A DNA stretch of 32,000 nucleotides from Dickeya solani IPO 2222 (GTDB lineage: Bacteria; Pseudomonadota; Gammaproteobacteria; Enterobacterales; Enterobacteriaceae). Of the stretch, positions 29,264 to 32,000 are shown piece by piece. The notes under the pieces are model-generated. The model saw only the letters and a program-made list of their open reading frames with translations. It ran no database searches and was not told the origin of the DNA. Every line of letters begins with the position of its first letter. The first letter of the stretch is position 1. Both the position numbers and the translations under genes were made by a program. The stretch lies in assembly GCF_001644705.1 (NCBI RefSeq), contig NZ_CP015137.1:4560001-4592000 (forward strand). Direction: 5' to 3'.

Positions 29264-29292
29264 ATTCACTTTTTGTCCTATTGAAAGTGAAT
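29264..29292. promoter_or_regulatory. 9-bp inverted repeat about 100 bp upstream of prtG
   Basis: ATTCACTTT (29264-29272), 11 nt, AAAGTGAAT (29284-29292). The arms are perfectly complementary. Confidence 0.3.
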
Positions 29293-29466
29293 ACTCCTTG
29301 TGGCGTGTTAATCAGATTGAAATCCGGCATACCCTGACAACACAGACAGGTTAGTAAAACGGAAATAAAATGACAAGATTCTGTCAGGAAAATCGACGTT
29401 TCATTACCTTGCGTTCAGGCCGCGGAAAAAAACCAGACAGAACATTGCGGAAGGGGAAATTGGCAG

Positions 29467-29502
29467 AATAAAAAGTGGCGCATCTGTCGCCAGACGCGCC
29501 AC
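29467..29502 (-). terminator. Rho-independent terminator of the qorB-like gene
   Basis: GTGGCGCATCTG (29475-29486), loop TCGC, CAGACGCGCCAC (29491-29502), with one mismatch. On the minus strand TTTTTATT (29474-29467) follows. Confidence 0.8.
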
Positions 29503-29526
29503 CGCGTTTAATCACGTGAAAAAAAA

Positions 29527-30384
29527 TTACAGCGACGCCAGCGTAGCGCGGATGACTTCGGCATAAGGCGTCGTCGGGCGCCCCAGCAATGCCGCCAGCG
29601 CGTTGTTGTCATCAAACAATCCGCCTTTTTCCGCACCGGCGTCGGAGTCCGCCAGCATATCCGCCAGAAAGTCCGGCAATCCCGCGCCTTTCAGCGCGTT
29701 GGCGAAATCAGCCTGGGACAGGTTGACATACTGCACCGGTTTGCCGCTCTGCTTCGCAATTTCCGCGGTAAATTCCACCAGGGTGTAACTGTTATCGCCA
29801 GCCAGCTCATAAATTTTCCCTTCCTGACCCTGCTGTTGCAGCACCGTCGCCGCCGCTTGTGCATAATCGCTGCGCGCTGCCGACGCAATACGGCCTTCGC
29901 CGGCCGCGCCGATAAACGCGCTATGCGCCAGAGCCGGTGCGATGCTGGCGGCATAGTTTTCGGTATACCAGCCGTTACGCAAAATAACATGAGGAATGCC
30001 GGAGGCGCGCAGCGCGCCCTCGGTCGCCAGATGCTCGACCGCCAACCCCAACGACGAGGTATCCGCGTGCAGCAGACTGGTGTAAACAATCAGCCCGACA
30101 GCGGCTTTTTTTGCCGCATCGATCACCGCGTTGTGCTGGGTTTCGCGCTTGCCGACTTCACTTGAGGAGATCAACAGCAACTTGTCTACCCCACTCAACG
30201 CACTGACCAACGTCTCCGGCCGATCATAATCGCCATGTCGCACATGAATCCCCTGCGCGGCCAGAGCGCTGGCCTTGGCCGGGTCGCGCACCACCGCAAC
30301 GATCTGTTCTGCCGGTACCGACTTCACCAGCGAATCAATCACCAGACGGCCCAGTTGGCCGGTTGCTCCTGTAATCGCAAACAT
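29527..30384 (-). CDS. qorB: NAD(P)H:quinone oxidoreductase, NmrA-like SDR (YtfG/QorB-like)
   Basis: 285 aa from ATG 30384, with AGGAG 6 nt upstream. MFAITGATGQLGRLVIDSLVKSVPAEQIVAVVRDPAKASALAAQGIHVRHGDY...LLLISSSEVG...YTSLLHADTS.LGLA.EH...LRNGWYTENY is colinear with E. coli YtfG as I recall it. Confidence 0.88.
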   Translation of the reverse strand: MFAITGATGQLGRLVIDSLVKSVPAEQIVAVVRDPAKASALAAQGIHVRHGDYDRPETLVSALSGVDKLLLISSSEVGKRETQHNAVIDAAKKAAVGLIVYTSLLHADTSSLGLAVEHLATEGALRASGIPHVILRNGWYTENYAASIAPALAHSAFIGAAGEGRIASAARSDYAQAAATVLQQQGQEGKIYELAGDNSYTLVEFTAEIAKQSGKPVQYVNLSQADFANALKGAGLPDFLADMLADSDAGAEKGGLFDDNNALAALLGRPTTPYAEVIRATLASL

Positions 30385-30493
30385 CACGTACTCCTGTTAA
30401 TGAGAAAACCCTACGCCACGCTTCAACCCGAATGCTCTCAACGCCAAAACAGGCTAAAGCTCTTGCCAGCAAGCATATGGCCCAAACTCACTT

Positions 30494-30507
30494 TTAGTAA
30501 GTACTAA
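30494..30507. promoter_or_regulatory. Small palindrome upstream of the qorB-like gene
   Basis: TTAGTA-AG-TACTAA (6-bp arms), about 110-123 nt upstream of the qorB-like start. A further TTAGTG half-site lies at 30516-30521. Confidence 0.25.
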
Positions 30508-30677
30508 CAAAAAGGTTAGTGTGAAATAAAAATGCCAGCATTATCACAGAATGCTCGCGGCCAGCTTCCAGCTGGTATGCTGCCGGGTAACCTGTAAGAT
30601 AATCGACCTACCGGTTTTTTAGTTTCAGTCACATCGCACTTATGCGATATTGCTTTTTCAGAGCGCTAATGACGCAA

Positions 30678-30695
30678 ATATTTGTCATATTTGTC
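30678..30695 (+). repeat. Tandem 9-bp repeat in the spacer upstream of the SrfA-like ORF
   Basis: ATATTTGTC ATATTTGTC (30678-30686 and 30687-30695), a perfect duplication about 100 nt upstream of the GTG at 30795. Confidence 0.75.
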
Positions 30696-30794
30696 ACTTC
30701 TTTACGCATTTGATTCATGATCATCAGAATTATAATCGCAGATATTGAACACGATTTTCTGCCTTGACGGTTTATCACAAAGGGTCTCTTTGGC

Positions 30795-32000
30795 GTGGCA
30801 AAATTATTTTTACGCAGTGGAAATTTAGACGATTTTCTTGCGTTGGGAGAGAACGGCCAGCCCGTTTATGCTTCGGCGCTACAATTACGGGAGACACTGC
30901 GTCTTCGCAAACAACAGCACATCGCTGACTGTCTGGCCATTCCCCAACCTAACGAGGATGGCGATCGCATCGACTGGTATGCGCCCTTCGCCGGTAAGAT
31001 CACCTCCTGGATGGCGGCCAGCGACGAGCAACGCGAACAGGCGCTGCTGTTGCTGGAACAGTATCTCGGCACCGTTGACGCCATTAGCGAGCGGGCGCGT
31101 CAATCCAACAAACCGGCCCAGAAACTCTTCGGTGTATTGTTGTCGAAAGCCTTTCAGTTTCCGGGTTCCAATCATGTCTATTTGGTGGACGATAAACCGG
31201 TTATCACCTTCTGGGGTTTTGTCAGCCTGGGCAAAAAATCTCGCGTCGATGTGCTGGAGAGTTTGCGCCCGGTTGAGCCGGTCGAGATTCCCGAGCCGGT
31301 TCCGGAACCGCTGCCGGAAGTAACCACGCAGGTCGCCGACCCCGAACCGGAACAACCGGCGCTGCCGGTCGAACCGGAACCGGTCGTGGTTGCCGAACCG
31401 GTCGCTCCGCTGCAAACCGCCCCGGCGCGGCGCCGGGTCTGGACCAGCATGTGGTTGCTGGCGCCGGGTGCCGCGTTATTGGCGACGCTGGCGTTCCAGA
31501 TTCGCGGCTGCGTTTCTCAACCCGAAAACAACACCCCGCCGGCGGTGACCGCCATCAAACCGGAAAAACGCGCGCTGAGCGCCCCGCCGGCGGATACGCT
31601 TTCACCGCCGAATCTGCCGTTGGAAGTGGCGACGCTGTTGCCGTCGCCAGCGGTGGCTGAGCAGAAGAAACCCGAAGAAAAAGCGCCGGAAGCGCCCGCC
31701 CATGCAGAGATGAGCGCCGCGCCGAAGGGCGCGCTGGTGATGCCTGCCGACGCAGTAAAAATCGGCTCCATCCGTTTCCTCGACGGCAACTGGCAAGCGG
31801 TAGTCGCCATGAAAAATCCGCTGACCGGCAAACCACCGGTTCTCCGCTACCAGATCAAAGACGGTAAAGGCCGGGTACGCTTTAACTACAGCGAAAAAGT
31901 CACCTGTCAGGCTGAGGTAGAGGCCGGGTTGCACCAGTCCGGCAATCTGGTGATCAACAGCCGCTATCGGGCGCGCTGCAGCGATGGTTCCCGTTATCCG
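30795..32000 (+). CDS. Large proline-rich membrane-anchored protein, tentatively SrfA-like virulence-factor family; 3' end lies beyond the window edge
   Basis: Absent from the ORF track because it has no stop in the window. The frame is open from the in-frame TGA at 30765 to base 32000, and the first start candidate is GTG 30795 (402 codons in the window). Translation VAKLFLRSGNLDDFLALGENGQPVYASALQLRETLRLRKQQHIADCLAIPQPNEDGDRIDWYAPF..., then a PEP-rich linker (EPVEIPEPVPEPLPE..EPEQPALPVEPEPVVVAEPVAP), one TM segment (VWTSMWLLAPGAALLATLAF) and a further Pro/Ala-rich region. The CDS call is solid. The SrfA assignment rests on my memory of the N-terminal motif only. Confidence 0.7.
   Translation, partial: MAKLFLRSGNLDDFLALGENGQPVYASALQLRETLRLRKQQHIADCLAIPQPNEDGDRIDWYAPFAGKITSWMAASDEQREQALLLLEQYLGTVDAISERARQSNKPAQKLFGVLLSKAFQFPGSNHVYLVDDKPVITFWGFVSLGKKSRVDVLESLRPVEPVEIPEPVPEPLPEVTTQVADPEPEQPALPVEPEPVVVAEPVAPLQTAPARRRVWTSMWLLAPGAALLATLAFQIRGCVSQPENNTPPAVTAIKPEKRALSAPPADTLSPPNLPLEVATLLPSPAVAEQKKPEEKAPEAPAHAEMSAAPKGALVMPADAVKIGSIRFLDGNWQAVVAMKNPLTGKPPVLRYQIKDGKGRVRFNYSEKVTCQAEVEAGLHQSGNLVINSRYRARCSDGSRYP

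Noticed and set aside
30838-31934. Track ORFs 30838-31323 (+), 30885-31415 (-), 31178-31450 (-), 31517-31934 (-) and others.
   Set aside because: All are out of frame with or antisense to the single long open frame (30795 to the window end), which has coherent domain structure. Their translations are repetitive Gly/Ser/Arg strings generated by the Pro-codon-rich sense strand.

Overview
This is a 32-kb enterobacterial chromosomal segment. The Prt and Inh protein sequences point to Dickeya (formerly Erwinia chrysanthemi).

- **17.6-29.2 kb (all minus strand):** the classical serralysin metalloprotease / type I secretion locus, in the order prtG - inh - prtD - prtE - prtF - prtB - prtC - prtA.
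- **Left end:** a YedP-like HAD phosphatase that runs off the left edge and is absent from the ORF track. Next is an alpha/beta hydrolase divergent from a CGNR zinc-finger protein.
- **About 3.1-7.0 kb:** a visibly AT-rich accessory islet. It holds nested IS3-family and IS256-family remnants, an acyltransferase-3 membrane protein, an orphan ClbS/DfsB-family protein and a YoaJ/EXLX1-type bacterial expansin.
- **7.2-13 kb:** a lipoprotein gene, a Pqi-like MCE operon with PqiA split into two genes, two tandem unannotated mini-ORFs (23 and 26 codons, lipobox-like) and a TetR regulator. One GTAC-centred 16-bp palindrome recurs in three promoters here. It predicts a small TetR regulon that brackets the MCE operon. 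Together with the mini-ORFs, this is my best candidate for something not yet described, and it is a prediction from sequence only.
- **13-17.3 kb:** a second TetR, an orphan periplasmic binding protein and kup.
- **Right edge:** a qorB/ytfG-like oxidoreductase and a long proline-rich, SrfA-like ORF that runs off the window and is also absent from the ORF track.

Two further points stand out. PrtC reads as a PrtA/PrtB chimera, and four 22-bp tandem repeats sit between prtF and prtB. I saw no rRNA, tRNA or CRISPR array.
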